A stretch of 64,000 bases of DNA from an uncultured Eubacterium sp. (lineage in GTDB: Bacteria; Bacillota; Clostridia; Oscillospirales; Acutalibacteraceae), in NCBI RefSeq assembly GCF_945980375.1, contig NZ_CAMFQO010000006.1, positions 10,524 to 74,523 of the forward strand. Direction: 5' to 3'. The notes beneath the pieces are model-generated. The model saw only the letters and a program-made list of their open reading frames with translations. It was not told where the DNA came from and searched no databases. Below, piece after piece: positions 46,892 to 56,904 of the stretch (positions are counted from its first letter, which is position 1; each line of letters starts with the position of its first letter). The translations under genes and the position numbers were made by a program.

Positions 46892-48094
46892 TTAAGACAT
46901 AACCTTATTGTAAATTTTAATTAACTCGATGTAGTAGCTGTCAGGGGAGTAGTAGCTTTCATAAAGCTCTCTTGATTTTTGTGCAAAGCGGTTTACTTTA
47001 TCGTCGTTATCAAGCATAAGCATAAGCTTTTCCTTAAGTTCATTAATGTCGTCGGCTTTGTAGAGGTATCCGTTTTCACCGTCTGCAATAAGCTCCGGAA
47101 TACCGCCTATTCTGCTTGCCACTATCGGCTTGCCGATTTCCATTGCTTCTAATACCGAATAAGGACAGTTCTCGTTACAAATTGAAGGGATAACAACAAA
47201 CCGTGAATTTGTAATGTATTTATGGATGCTGTCTTGGTTTTGGTATCCGAGTAGGGTGATTCTGCCATCAAGCTTATGCTCACTTATGTAGGCCTCAATT
47301 CTCTCTCTTTCAGGTCCGTCACCGGCAATTAAGAGCTTGGCATCAGGTATATCACCGATTGCTTCAATCAGGTTGAGAATACCTTTTTCCTTTGATAACC
47401 GTCCAAGGTAAAACGCATAGTCGCCAAGCACATATTCATTGCGCTCGCTTTCGTTAACAAAATTGTGCAGGGTAACGATCTCATTGTATTTCAGCTTTCC
47501 GTTTACAAGCTGATTTTTGTTAAACTCACTTGGTGAGATAATACAATCAATTTTTCTAAACACCTTGTGAATATCGTAATATTTCTTTTCCATAACACCC
47601 AAGGTGCTTTTAAGTGTTGAGCCCTTTACGCATTTTTTCTTAATGCACTGCGAATATCCCTTTGTGATGCAATCATCGCAAACCTCACCGTTGTAAAGCA
47701 TAATGCTTGCAGGGCATATGGGGTTTAGGTCGTGCGCAGTCATAACAATAGGGATGTTCTTTTCCTTAATTGCATCAATGATTGATGCAGAAAGCTGGCG
47801 CTGAAAATTGTTGATGTGAACAATGTCAGGCTTGAATTCCTCCAAAGCCTTTGCCATAAGTCTTTTGTTTTCCTGCGAATAAATAACATCAAGCGCCTTA
47901 AGCTTTGAGCCTGTGTTTAGGTCAATTTCCTCAACAAAATATTCTGCGTCGCCTGTTGTAATGTTTTCCTCGTGCTTCATAGAGAAAAAGCCAACGGTGT
48001 GCCCCTTGCTTTTAAGCAGCTGTGCAAGCTCAAAATAATATTTTTCGCTTCCGCCTCGCAGATAGTGAAATTTGTTAACTAATAAAATTCTCAT
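46892..48094 (-). CDS. GT4 glycosyltransferase with Cys-rich insertion
   Basis: MRILLVNKFHYLRGGSEKY, GRLSKEKG, ENCPYSVLEAM, GGIPELI. Confidence 0.9.
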   Translation of the reverse strand: MRILLVNKFHYLRGGSEKYYFELAQLLKSKGHTVGFFSMKHEENITTGDAEYFVEEIDLNTGSKLKALDVIYSQENKRLMAKALEEFKPDIVHINNFQRQLSASIIDAIKEKNIPIVMTAHDLNPICPASIMLYNGEVCDDCITKGYSQCIKKKCVKGSTLKSTLGVMEKKYYDIHKVFRKIDCIISPSEFNKNQLVNGKLKYNEIVTLHNFVNESERNEYVLGDYAFYLGRLSKEKGILNLIEAIGDIPDAKLLIAGDGPERERIEAYISEHKLDGRITLLGYQNQDSIHKYITNSRFVVIPSICNENCPYSVLEAMEIGKPIVASRIGGIPELIADGENGYLYKADDINELKEKLMLMLDNDDKVNRFAQKSRELYESYYSPDSYYIELIKIYNKVMS

Positions 48095-48106
48095 TGAAAC
48101 ACCCCG

Positions 48107-48652
48107 TTATTTTAATGGCTTCAAGGCTTTGTCCTTTTCTGAAAGGATGAGCTCCATTCCGTCAGGAATAGGCCATTCTATATTAATGGTAGGATCATTA
48201 TATGCAATTCCGCATTCATCATTTGGGTGAAAGAAATCATCAACCTTGTAGCAGAATTCCGCATAATCGCTTAATACAAGAAAGCCGTGCGCAAAGCCCT
48301 TCGGTATTAAGAATTGTTTTTTGTTGCTTTCGGTTAACTCTACTCCGTACCACTTTAGATAGGTGGGACTTTCTTCTCTCATATCAACAGCAACATCAAA
48401 AACAGAACCCTTAATAACCCTAACAAGCTTTGTCTGCGGATAATTTATCTGTCTGTGAAGTCCTCGAAGAACACCCTTAATAGAGGCTGATTGATTATCC
48501 TGAACAAATTTAATATTTATTCCGGCTTCTTTCATATCGTTTTCATTATAGGTTTCCATAAAATAACCGCGATTATCGCCGTGAACAGCAGGTGTGATAA
48601 CGCACAGCCCTTCTATACCGCCTACATTTTTTTTAACCGAAATTTGTCCCAT
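48107..48652 (-). CDS. rfbC: dTDP-4-dehydrorhamnose 3,5-epimerase
   Basis: HGDNRGYFMETY, QDNQS, RGLH, DVAVD.R, IPKGFAHGF. Confidence 0.95.
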   Translation of the reverse strand: MGQISVKKNVGGIEGLCVITPAVHGDNRGYFMETYNENDMKEAGINIKFVQDNQSASIKGVLRGLHRQINYPQTKLVRVIKGSVFDVAVDMREESPTYLKWYGVELTESNKKQFLIPKGFAHGFLVLSDYAEFCYKVDDFFHPNDECGIAYNDPTINIEWPIPDGMELILSEKDKALKPLK

Positions 48653-49512
48653 TAATATCCTATCTCCTTAAGGTATCTTGCCAAGGCATCCTGCCACGTG
48701 GGCAGGGGAGTAAATCCGTTTTGTAAAAGCTTGCTTTTGTCCAGCCTGCTGTTAAATGGTCTTTTAGCCTTAGATATACCGTATTGCGCAGTGGAAACAG
48801 GCTCAACCTGTGTTGAATATCCTGCCTGTGCATATATTTCCTTCGCAAAGTCAAACCAACTGATGTATCCGCCTTCGTTTGTGGCATGATAGTAGCCGTA
48901 TTTTTCGGTTTCTATCATATCAACAAGCAGTCGCGCCAAGTCATATGTGTAGGTTGGTGTGCCGATTTGGTCGTTAACAACCGTAACTGTGTCGTGCGTC
49001 TTTCCTACATTCAGCATGGTCTTTATAAAGTTTTTTCCGTTAACTCCGAAAACCCATGCAATACGAACAATAAAGTATTTATCAAGAGTGCCTGCTACTG
49101 CCAATTCACCCTCAAGCTTTGTTTGACCGTATACATTAAGCGGAACATAATCCTTGCAGTCTGCCTGCCAAGGTTCATTTCCCTGACCGTCGAATACATA
49201 ATCTGTGCTTATGTATATCATCTTGCAATCAAGCGCCCTGCAGGATTGTGCAATGTATTTTGTTCCGTAGGCATTAACAGCCCTTACTGTGTCAATGTTT
49301 TCTGCCTCTTCAGCAAGGTCAACCGCTGTCCATGCCGCACAGTGTATTACTGCATCGGGTTTTGCTTTACCGATTACATCATCAACACATTTCTTGTCGG
49401 TAATATCCATTTCATCAATGTCAACACCGACAGCATTGTGCCCTCTTTTTGTTAGCTCGTTCACAACATCATGTCCAAGCTGTCCGTTTACTCCGGTTAC
49501 TAATACCTTCAT
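48652..49512 (-). CDS. rfbD: dTDP-4-dehydrorhamnose reductase
   Basis: TGVNGQLG, HCAAWTAVD, YISTDYVF, YGQTKLEGE, DQIGTPT. Confidence 0.95.
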   Translation of the reverse strand: MKVLVTGVNGQLGHDVVNELTKRGHNAVGVDIDEMDITDKKCVDDVIGKAKPDAVIHCAAWTAVDLAEEAENIDTVRAVNAYGTKYIAQSCRALDCKMIYISTDYVFDGQGNEPWQADCKDYVPLNVYGQTKLEGELAVAGTLDKYFIVRIAWVFGVNGKNFIKTMLNVGKTHDTVTVVNDQIGTPTYTYDLARLLVDMIETEKYGYYHATNEGGYISWFDFAKEIYAQAGYSTQVEPVSTAQYGISKAKRPFNSRLDKSKLLQNGFTPLPTWQDALARYLKEIGY

Positions 49513-50531
49513 TATCTGTTACCGTACATTTTATCGTAGTATTCCTGATATTCGCCTGATATGATGCTCTCCCACCATTCTCTGTTATCAAGATACCAAG
49601 CGATTGTTTTCTTTATCCCGTCAGCAAACATCGTTTCGGGAAGCCATCCAAGCTCGTTGTGAATTTTTGTCGGGTCGATAGCATAACGCATATCGTGTCC
49701 CTTCCTATCGGCAACATAAGTGATTAACTCCTCGCTTTTGCCAAGCTCCTTGCATATAAGCTTAACGATGTCGATGTTTTTCATTTCGTTGTGACCGCCG
49801 ATATTGTAAACCTCTCCGACTCTTCCCTTATGGATTATCAAATCAATGGCCTTGCAATGATCCTCAACATAAAGCCAATCTCTAACATTAAGCCCTTCGC
49901 CGTAAACGGGGAGAGGCTTATCGTTGAGTGCATTGGCAATCATAAGAGGAATAAGCTTTTCCGGAAAGTGATACGGACCGTAATTGTTAGAGCAACGGCT
50001 GATTGTTACCGGCAAGCCGTATGTTCTGTAATAAGCAAGAACCAACAAATCTGCTCCTGCCTTTGATGAGCTGTACGGTGATGAGGTGTGAATCGGTGTT
50101 TCCTCTGTGAAAAATAAATCAGGTCTGTCAAGCGGCAAATCGCCGTATACCTCATCGGTTGAAACCTGATGATATCTTTGGATACCGTATTTTCGACAGG
50201 CATCCATAAGCACCTGTGTGCCGAGGATGTTTGTTTTAAGAAAAATGCCGGGATCCTCAATGGAACGGTCAACATGCGACTCTGCCGCAAAATTCACAAC
50301 AATATCGGGATGCTCCTCCTCAAACAGCCCTTCAACAGCCTTGCTGTCACAAATATCTGCTTTTACAAATCTAAATTGAGGGTTGTCCATAACAGGAGCA
50401 AGAGTTGACAAATTGCCTGCATATGTAAGCTTGTCAAGGCAAACAATTCTGTATTCGGGGTGCTTGTTGAGCATATAAAAAATAAAGTTTGAGCCAATAA
50501 AACCGGCACCGCCTGTAACGATAATTGTCAT
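49512..50531 (-). CDS. rfbB: dTDP-glucose 4,6-dehydratase
   Basis: [50 protein letters not shown]. Confidence 0.97.
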   Translation of the reverse strand: MTIIVTGGAGFIGSNFIFYMLNKHPEYRIVCLDKLTYAGNLSTLAPVMDNPQFRFVKADICDSKAVEGLFEEEHPDIVVNFAAESHVDRSIEDPGIFLKTNILGTQVLMDACRKYGIQRYHQVSTDEVYGDLPLDRPDLFFTEETPIHTSSPYSSSKAGADLLVLAYYRTYGLPVTISRCSNNYGPYHFPEKLIPLMIANALNDKPLPVYGEGLNVRDWLYVEDHCKAIDLIIHKGRVGEVYNIGGHNEMKNIDIVKLICKELGKSEELITYVADRKGHDMRYAIDPTKIHNELGWLPETMFADGIKKTIAWYLDNREWWESIISGEYQEYYDKMYGNR

Positions 50532-51427
50532 ATGCCAAGCACCTCCATCTCGTCATTTTCGGCAATTCCCTTTAGGTACTTGCCATAGTCTGACTTGCCG
50601 TATTTCTTTGCCGATTCAATAAGCCTTGCCTTGTCAATCCAACTCTTTCGCCATGCAATTTCCTCCGGTGCAGAAATACGAATACCTTGTTGACTTTGGA
50701 TAGTTTTTACAAAGTTTGCGGCTTCAATAAGGCTGTCCATTGTTCCTGTGTCAAGCCAGGCAAAGCCTCGTCCGAGAAGCTTTACATCAAGCTCTTTGTT
50801 TTCAAGATAAATTTTGTTTAGGTCGGTGATTTCGAGTTCACCTCGATGCGACGGTTTAAGTGCCTTCGCATATTCAATACAACGATTGTCATAAACGTAC
50901 AGACCTGTAATTGCCCAAGTGGATTTAGGATTTTTAGGCTTTTCTTCAATTGAGAGCACCTTGCCGGTTTTGTCAAATTCAACTACACCAAAGCGCTCGG
51001 GGTCTTCAACGTGATAGCCAAATACTGTTGCTCTGTGGTTTTCCTCGGCATTTTTCTTTGCCTCGGCAAGAATTTTTCCAAATCCTGCACCGTAAAAAAT
51101 ATTATCACCAAGAACCATTGCACAGCAGTCATCACCGATAAAGTCCTCGCCGAGAGTAAATGCCTGAGCGAGTCCGTCAGGAGATGGCTGAACCTTATAT
51201 GTCAGCTTGATTCCGTATTGACTGCCGTCGCCGAGCAGCCTTTGAAAATTCGGCAAATCGGTAGGGGTCGAAATAATGAGAATGTCATTAATACCTGCAA
51301 GCATAAGAGTGCTGAGCGGATAATAAATCATAGGCTTGTCGTATATAGGCAACAGCTGCTTTGATGTTACCATTGTTAATGGGTAGAGCCTTGTGCCGCT
51401 ACCACCTGCTAAAATGATGCCCTTCAT
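50528..51427 (-). CDS. rfbA: Glucose-1-phosphate thymidylyltransferase
   Basis: [54 protein letters not shown]. Confidence 0.97.
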   Translation of the reverse strand: MKGIILAGGSGTRLYPLTMVTSKQLLPIYDKPMIYYPLSTLMLAGINDILIISTPTDLPNFQRLLGDGSQYGIKLTYKVQPSPDGLAQAFTLGEDFIGDDCCAMVLGDNIFYGAGFGKILAEAKKNAEENHRATVFGYHVEDPERFGVVEFDKTGKVLSIEEKPKNPKSTWAITGLYVYDNRCIEYAKALKPSHRGELEITDLNKIYLENKELDVKLLGRGFAWLDTGTMDSLIEAANFVKTIQSQQGIRISAPEEIAWRKSWIDKARLIESAKKYGKSDYGKYLKGIAENDEMEVLGI

Positions 51428-51436
51428 ATTTGCTCC

Positions 51437-52525
51437 TTAATTTTTTAATTCTCTGTATATGCTTGCAACCTTGTTTGCGATTGATTTCCAATTGTATTGT
51501 GAAAGGTCGTATTTTACCTCTGTATAATCCAAATTGATAGCCTTTTTCATTTTTTCTGCAAGGGTGTTGTAATCTCCTGCAGGGAAATATGCCCCCTTGC
51601 CCAAGTCAATCATTCTTGTTGCAGAAATATCACTTGCCAACAGATTCAGACCGTAGCTCATTGCCTCAAGCATAACAAGAGGGAAGCCCTCGTTGTTTGA
51701 TGCAAGAACATACAGCCTTGCGTTTTTGTAAAGCTGTGCAAGACGTTCTCCGTCTGCAAAGCCTGTAAATACAACGCTGTCATCTGTTACAAGGCTGTCC
51801 AGCTCCTTCTTGTATGAGTCCTCAAATTCAACTCCGCCGACAATGGCAAGCTTGTACTCGTTGTTTAATCCGGATTTGTAAAAAGCTTTGATTAATGTAT
51901 CAAAGCCTTTTTCGGGTGTAATTCTTCCGACGGACAAAATGTATTTTTGCTTTTGCAGATGGTTTTCTTCAAGAAAGCTTGTATCCTCTGTGTCTGTCGG
52001 GGGATTTACTCCATTTGGAATATAGCAGGATTTTGCAATAATCTTGCTTGGATATTTGCCCATTTGCTCCTTGTTTACAAATATAACTCTGTCGGAATAT
52101 TTTAGCGCAAAATGCTCGCACATTTTAAGCACCAGCTTTTCGGGCTTGCTCCATTTCTTGTGCTCGTAGTTGGCACTGTGATATGTAAGCACAACCTTTT
52201 GACCGAAAAGCTTCAAAATAGGGGCAAACATGGCAGGACCGATGTTGTGAATATGCACAACATCGGGCTTCGTTTTAATTGCGTAAATTGAAGAGATAAA
52301 GGAATGAAATGTTGCTTCAAGGCCTCGTTTTTCTGTATTTTTAATATCTACAAAGTTTATGTTAGGATATTTCTTGCTGTCGGTAACAAATGATTTTCTT
52401 CTGCACACATCAAAGCAAATATCCTGTGGCATATTAGGGTAAAGGCTTTCGCAGTGCTTCTCGACACCGCCCTGCATACCCGGAAAACCTCTTGTTCCAA
52501 AAACACAAACCTTCATCGCAATCAC
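51437..52525 (-). CDS. GT4 glycosyltransferase (possibly the second, WchF-like transferase)
   Basis: FGTRGFPG.QGGVE, VGRITPEKG, EGFPLVMLEAM; N-terminus resembles WchF/RgpA-type GT4 (inference). Confidence 0.88.
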   Translation of the reverse strand: MIAMKVCVFGTRGFPGMQGGVEKHCESLYPNMPQDICFDVCRRKSFVTDSKKYPNINFVDIKNTEKRGLEATFHSFISSIYAIKTKPDVVHIHNIGPAMFAPILKLFGQKVVLTYHSANYEHKKWSKPEKLVLKMCEHFALKYSDRVIFVNKEQMGKYPSKIIAKSCYIPNGVNPPTDTEDTSFLEENHLQKQKYILSVGRITPEKGFDTLIKAFYKSGLNNEYKLAIVGGVEFEDSYKKELDSLVTDDSVVFTGFADGERLAQLYKNARLYVLASNNEGFPLVMLEAMSYGLNLLASDISATRMIDLGKGAYFPAGDYNTLAEKMKKAINLDYTEVKYDLSQYNWKSIANKVASIYRELKN

Positions 52526-52541
52526 TTAAAAATATATTTGC

Positions 52542-53555
52542 TTACCAACAAATATCCTTTCCCTTAGAAATTCTGATTTTATTTTTGAGTATCCACATAA
52601 CAGGAACCCAAGGGCGTCTGACCATATCGTGTCTTTCTGTTACGATAAATGCGCAGTTTCTCTTACATTCGGCAATCTTCTTTTCAGCCTCTTTGGCTTT
52701 TTCGGAATTCATTATGTTTTCAAAGGAATCCTCTTTGATATTGCCTATGATCCACTCTTCGCCTGAACCGTTGCAAGGTGTAACGTTACCCCAAGGGTCG
52801 ACAAAGAAAAAGTCCTTCAATGCTCCGCAAGGCGGACGATAGCCAAAGTCGTCGCCTCTTAATCTGCGGTGAATACTCTTGTTAAAGTATGCTCTGCCAT
52901 AGTCCTTGAGCCTGCCCTTAAGGGTTCTTCTTTTTGATGTCAAAAGAGCCTTAACAAAATCCTCGTGAGCAGCAAGAGCCTCATCGCTTGTGATTTGATT
53001 ATCTTCCTTGTGGAAGTACCAAGAGTTATGTACAACAGAGTTGCCAAGCTCAACATCAAGAGCAACACAAAGCTCATAGAGGTGAACGAGATCCTGATAG
53101 TTGTCAGGAGAGATAACTACTGAAAAACCGATGTTCTTGCATTTTGTCTTTTTAAGTTCAAGCATTGTTCTTAATGCGTGATCGAATCCGTCCTTAAGGC
53201 CTCGCTTTTCATCATTAAGCTTTGGTAAGCCTTCAACGCTGACTCTGATAAGAATGTTAGGATATTTGTTTGCAAGCTCAACAATTTTTTCAGTGTTGTA
53301 GCCGTTAGTGCTTAATTCAAGAAGCTTTGAACGATGATACAGGTTTTCAAAAATATCATCAATATCCTTTCTTAACGTAGCCTCGCCGCCGGTAATGTTA
53401 ATTCTTAATCCGTCGGGGAGGGTTTCGTAATAATGATAGTCAAGCTCTTCCTTTGGATTGGTAGGGCATTGCCAAATGTTACACATATTGCAACGGGCAT
53501 TGCAACGGAATGTAGTAATAAGACTGCCCTGCATAGTTGTATTATCTTTTTTCAT
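52542..53555 (-). CDS. Radical SAM protein with Twitch/SPASM-like C-terminus
   Basis: CNARCNMC, TGGE, STNG, then PPC..FFFVDPWGNVTPC..GNI..C-x3-C; start set at ATG 53555 after GGTGA. Confidence 0.9.
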   Translation of the reverse strand: MKKDNTTMQGSLITTFRCNARCNMCNIWQCPTNPKEELDYHYYETLPDGLRINITGGEATLRKDIDDIFENLYHRSKLLELSTNGYNTEKIVELANKYPNILIRVSVEGLPKLNDEKRGLKDGFDHALRTMLELKKTKCKNIGFSVVISPDNYQDLVHLYELCVALDVELGNSVVHNSWYFHKEDNQITSDEALAAHEDFVKALLTSKRRTLKGRLKDYGRAYFNKSIHRRLRGDDFGYRPPCGALKDFFFVDPWGNVTPCNGSGEEWIIGNIKEDSFENIMNSEKAKEAEKKIAECKRNCAFIVTERHDMVRRPWVPVMWILKNKIRISKGKDICW

Positions 53556-53597
53556 AGTTATCACCAAATCTGTTACGTGTTATTTTAGAATATTATT

Positions 53598-55121
53598 CTA
53601 TTCGGCTCCTTCGTGGGTTAGCACAACCTTAACTGTTTTAAGCAGAATTTGCAAATCAAGAAGCAAATTCCAATTGTCGATGTATTCGCAGTCAAGCTTT
53701 ACAACCTCTTCAAAGTCAACGATGTCCGATCTACCGCTGACCTGCCACATTCCCGTAATTCCGGGGCGCATTGAAAGTCGCCTTTTATGTCTGCTTTCGT
53801 ATTGCTCAAATTCCTTGACGGTAGGGGGCCTTGTTCCCACAAGACTCATATCACCCTTTAGCACATTAAAGAATTGCGGAAGCTCGTCAATGCTGAGCTT
53901 TCTGATAACCTTGCCAACCTTTGTAATTCTTGGGTCGTTATCCATTTTGAACATAAAGCCGTCCATTTTGTTGTGCTTCATAAGCTCTGCCTTACGAGCC
54001 TCTGCGTCCTTGTACATAGAACGAAGCTTGTACATATTGAACAGCCTTCCGTTCATTCCCACACGCTCCTGCTTAAAGAAGAGCGGTCCGGGAGATTCAA
54101 GCAAAAGGGGAATTGCCGTTATTGCAATGATAGGTATGGAAAGAATTATTCCGACCAATGCACCCACAATGTCAACAAAACGCTTTACGGCAAGCTGTGT
54201 GCTGTTATGTACGGCAGCGGAAAATGTTGCAAGCGGATAGCCTGAATATATTTTGCAATTGATGTTGTTAAAGTTGCTTTCGTCAACAAGGTTGTCAAGC
54301 GTGGGAACATTGAGATGAACCGTAACGCCCATACCCTCAAGCTCCTCAACTATTTCAAAAACATCACTGCTTTCGCTGTACGGCAGGTTAATGAAAACCT
54401 CATCAAGAGTAGTTTTCCTAATCCAGTCAATAAAGCGAATGTCGGTTGCAATAACAGGAACATCCTGTGCGACAACATGCGGAAACTTTATTCTCTTTTT
54501 TGTAGAAATGATTGAGTTTGTATATTCGGAACCGAATTCAAAGTTCCTGTCATATGTAAATCTGCCGTTTTCAACAAAGTTGTCAAGCAAAGCTACGCCG
54601 GTAATGTTTATTGACCAGTCTTTCTTTAGACCGGTTATAAACTCCTCGGCTCTGTCCTTTGTTGTAAGTACACCTACATATGATGTGATTTTTGCCTTTG
54701 ATAAGCCGTATTCGCCGGTAAGCCACCTTTTAAGGTAGTATCTTCCGGTAATTGTAAATACAAAGAATAGGATAAACGATATGCCTATCATTGTTCTCTG
54801 CTCGAGCAACGGATTCTTTATAATTGCCAGAAGCGCTGTGAACATAAGGAATACGAGAATGTCGTTTTTTATTGTGTTGATAAACTCGGCAATCTTGTTT
54901 CGTTCCTTAATGTTAACGCTTGTGTGAAATCCAAAGTAGCTGATAAAGAATGCTAAAAGGTTACAAATAATGTACTTAACCCACAATTCAGCACCCTCAT
55001 CGCCAGAGATTTTTCCTAAAGCAAATCTTACAAACACATAGGATATTGCGATTGATAGAATTAACGAAACAAAGTCAATCGCAAGCTCCATCCAAAATTG
55101 AGTTCTTGCCTTTTTTTCCAT
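53598..55121 (-). CDS. Priming polyprenyl glycosylphosphotransferase (WbaP/CpsE type)
   Basis: N-terminal TMs; KRFVDI, FFKQERVG.NG, YKLRSM, DPRITKVG, DELPQFFNVLKGDMSLVGTRP, RPGITG.WQVSGR. Confidence 0.95.
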   Translation of the reverse strand: MEKKARTQFWMELAIDFVSLILSIAISYVFVRFALGKISGDEGAELWVKYIICNLLAFFISYFGFHTSVNIKERNKIAEFINTIKNDILVFLMFTALLAIIKNPLLEQRTMIGISFILFFVFTITGRYYLKRWLTGEYGLSKAKITSYVGVLTTKDRAEEFITGLKKDWSINITGVALLDNFVENGRFTYDRNFEFGSEYTNSIISTKKRIKFPHVVAQDVPVIATDIRFIDWIRKTTLDEVFINLPYSESSDVFEIVEELEGMGVTVHLNVPTLDNLVDESNFNNINCKIYSGYPLATFSAAVHNSTQLAVKRFVDIVGALVGIILSIPIIAITAIPLLLESPGPLFFKQERVGMNGRLFNMYKLRSMYKDAEARKAELMKHNKMDGFMFKMDNDPRITKVGKVIRKLSIDELPQFFNVLKGDMSLVGTRPPTVKEFEQYESRHKRRLSMRPGITGMWQVSGRSDIVDFEEVVKLDCEYIDNWNLLLDLQILLKTVKVVLTHEGAE

Positions 55122-55138
55122 TAAAAAATCACCAAATG

Positions 55139-55900
55139 TTATTTGCTGTTTTTGCCACCGTATGAATAGTTGTAGTTGTAGAAATAGTGTCTGCTGTATT
55201 TTCTGTAATAAGAATAATACCTCTTTGTTTCACTGTTAACATCGTTGACGATAAAGCCGATGATGTTTGCATCAATACCCTTAAGGGAGTCCACCGTAGT
55301 TTTAAGCTCAGGAACATTTGTTGAGTCTGTTTTTACAATGAGGATGTATTTGGTACCCTTTTGAGCAAAAACAGTTGCGTCCGTAACAATGTTAACGGGA
55401 GGTGTGTCAATAAATACACAGTCGTAATGCTCTCTGACGAAATCCAAAAGCTTATCCATTCTCGGAGAAGAGAGAAGCTCGGTAGGATTTGGAGGAATTT
55501 TACCCGATGTAAGGATTGAAAGATTTTCAATTCCTGTTTTTGTAACCGTGATGTTGTCCGTAAGACCTGCAAGGATTTCAGACAGGCCGTTTCTTGAGCT
55601 GAGCGAGAAAAGCTTGTGAAGAGAAGGATTTCTCATATCGGCATCAATGATAAGTGTCTTTTTACCCATCTGTGCAAAGTTGATTGCAAGGTTTGCAGAG
55701 TTAATGGTTTTACCGTTATTTGCTGTTGGACTTGTAACAACAAATATTGGGCATTTTTCGCCCTGCTGGGTGAAAAGAAGATTTGTTCTGATTGAGTTAT
55801 ATGCTTCCTTAACTGCGAAGGATGAATTTGCACTTATAAGCTTTGCATTGTCTACTGAAGAAAAAGAACGCTTTGATTTTTTATTTTTCCTGAACATCAT
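55139..55900 (-). CDS. cpsD: CpsD/CapB family BY-kinase
   Basis: EAYNSIRTNL, Walker A TSPTANNGKT, IDADMRNP, PPNPTELL, DTPP, Tyr-rich C-terminus. Confidence 0.92.
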   Translation of the reverse strand: MMFRKNKKSKRSFSSVDNAKLISANSSFAVKEAYNSIRTNLLFTQQGEKCPIFVVTSPTANNGKTINSANLAINFAQMGKKTLIIDADMRNPSLHKLFSLSSRNGLSEILAGLTDNITVTKTGIENLSILTSGKIPPNPTELLSSPRMDKLLDFVREHYDCVFIDTPPVNIVTDATVFAQKGTKYILIVKTDSTNVPELKTTVDSLKGIDANIIGFIVNDVNSETKRYYSYYRKYSRHYFYNYNYSYGGKNSK

Positions 55901-56742
55901 TACTTTTCATCTCCCTTCGCATTTTGAATGTTTTCAAGGATTTCATCGCTTGGCTTTAGCGTGAAACTGCTGTCTGTTTTTTTGTTAACTGTTTTAGTGC
56001 CTGATGCCTTTGCCTCCTTGTTAACAGATGGCATTTCTGCTTCAAGGTTCGGTACGGTACCCAAAACAGGGAACTCAAATTCACCGACAATATCTCTTTC
56101 ACTTGTGATTGTTGTGTCAAAGAATTCATAAATGAAGAAGAACAGGAATGAAAGAACAAATGAGCCAACAGCTGCAATTATCAAATTCTTCACAAGATTA
56201 GGTGATGACGGGCTTGTAGGCACCTTTGCGTAGTCGATGATTTCAACGCCACCGGCTTTAACTACTCTGACAATTTCCTTTGGTGCAATCTTTGCAATAG
56301 AGTTTGCTATCTGTGCAGACAGCTTTCTGTCCGGTGTGGTGACGGTAACCTCAAATGCAACGGTTTTTTCAGCCTTGCTTGCAGAAATTGTACCCTTGAG
56401 CTGATTGGGTGTCATATTTATGTCAAGGTCTTCAATTACAGCCTCAAGCACGGTATCACTTTGAAGAATGTAGATGTATGTATTGATAAGCTCCTGTGAT
56501 GCATCAAGCTCCTGAGAGGAAATTGATGAGTCAGATGTAATTCTGTCTGTGTTGGAATACACATACATTTTTACGGTAGCGGAGTATTTCGGCTCCATCG
56601 CAAATTGTGTGATAAGCCCCATTACTATTGTTGCCATAATTGTAAAAACAGCGATTAATATGAACTTATCTCGCATTTTATAGATAATTTTACCAATGTC
56701 AATTTCCAATTCATCTTTTTTGTTTTCGTTGTTTTGATCCAT
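55900..56742 (-). CDS. cpsC: CpsC/Wzz polysaccharide co-polymerase
   Basis: EIDI..I, two TMs, PKYSATV, IIDYAKVP.SP.SPN, FDTTITSERDI..PVLG.VP. Confidence 0.9.
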   Translation of the reverse strand: MDQNNENKKDELEIDIGKIIYKMRDKFILIAVFTIMATIVMGLITQFAMEPKYSATVKMYVYSNTDRITSDSSISSQELDASQELINTYIYILQSDTVLEAVIEDLDINMTPNQLKGTISASKAEKTVAFEVTVTTPDRKLSAQIANSIAKIAPKEIVRVVKAGGVEIIDYAKVPTSPSSPNLVKNLIIAAVGSFVLSFLFFFIYEFFDTTITSERDIVGEFEFPVLGTVPNLEAEMPSVNKEAKASGTKTVNKKTDSSFTLKPSDEILENIQNAKGDEK

Positions 56743-56783
56743 ATAAGAGTAACCTCCAAATAAATATTAAAATGTCAATTTAT

Positions 56784-56812
56784 ATAATATCACCTGTATG
56801 CCGTAAAGTCAA
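56784..56812 (-). promoter_or_regulatory. Sigma-A-like promoter for the polysaccharide operon
   Basis: On - strand TTGACT-17 bp-TATTAT with TG extension. Confidence 0.55.
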
Positions 56813-56855
56813 TTATATATTATAATATAATTAATAAATTAACATGTAGTTTACA

Positions 56856-56904
56856 AAATAAATAAGCAGGAGCCAAAAACCGCTCCTGCCTCAAGTATTT
56901 ATTT
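56856..56904 (-). terminator. Terminator after the histidine kinase gene
   Basis: GCAGGAGC / GCTCCTGC stem flanked by AAATAAATA / TATTTATTT. Confidence 0.65.

Noticed and set aside
53458-54240. 260-aa + strand ORF
   Set aside because: Antisense to the priming transferase and radical SAM start; no recognisable motif
56743-56902. Invertible (phase-variable) promoter for the polysaccharide locus
   Set aside because: No inverted repeats flanking the promoter and no recombinase nearby
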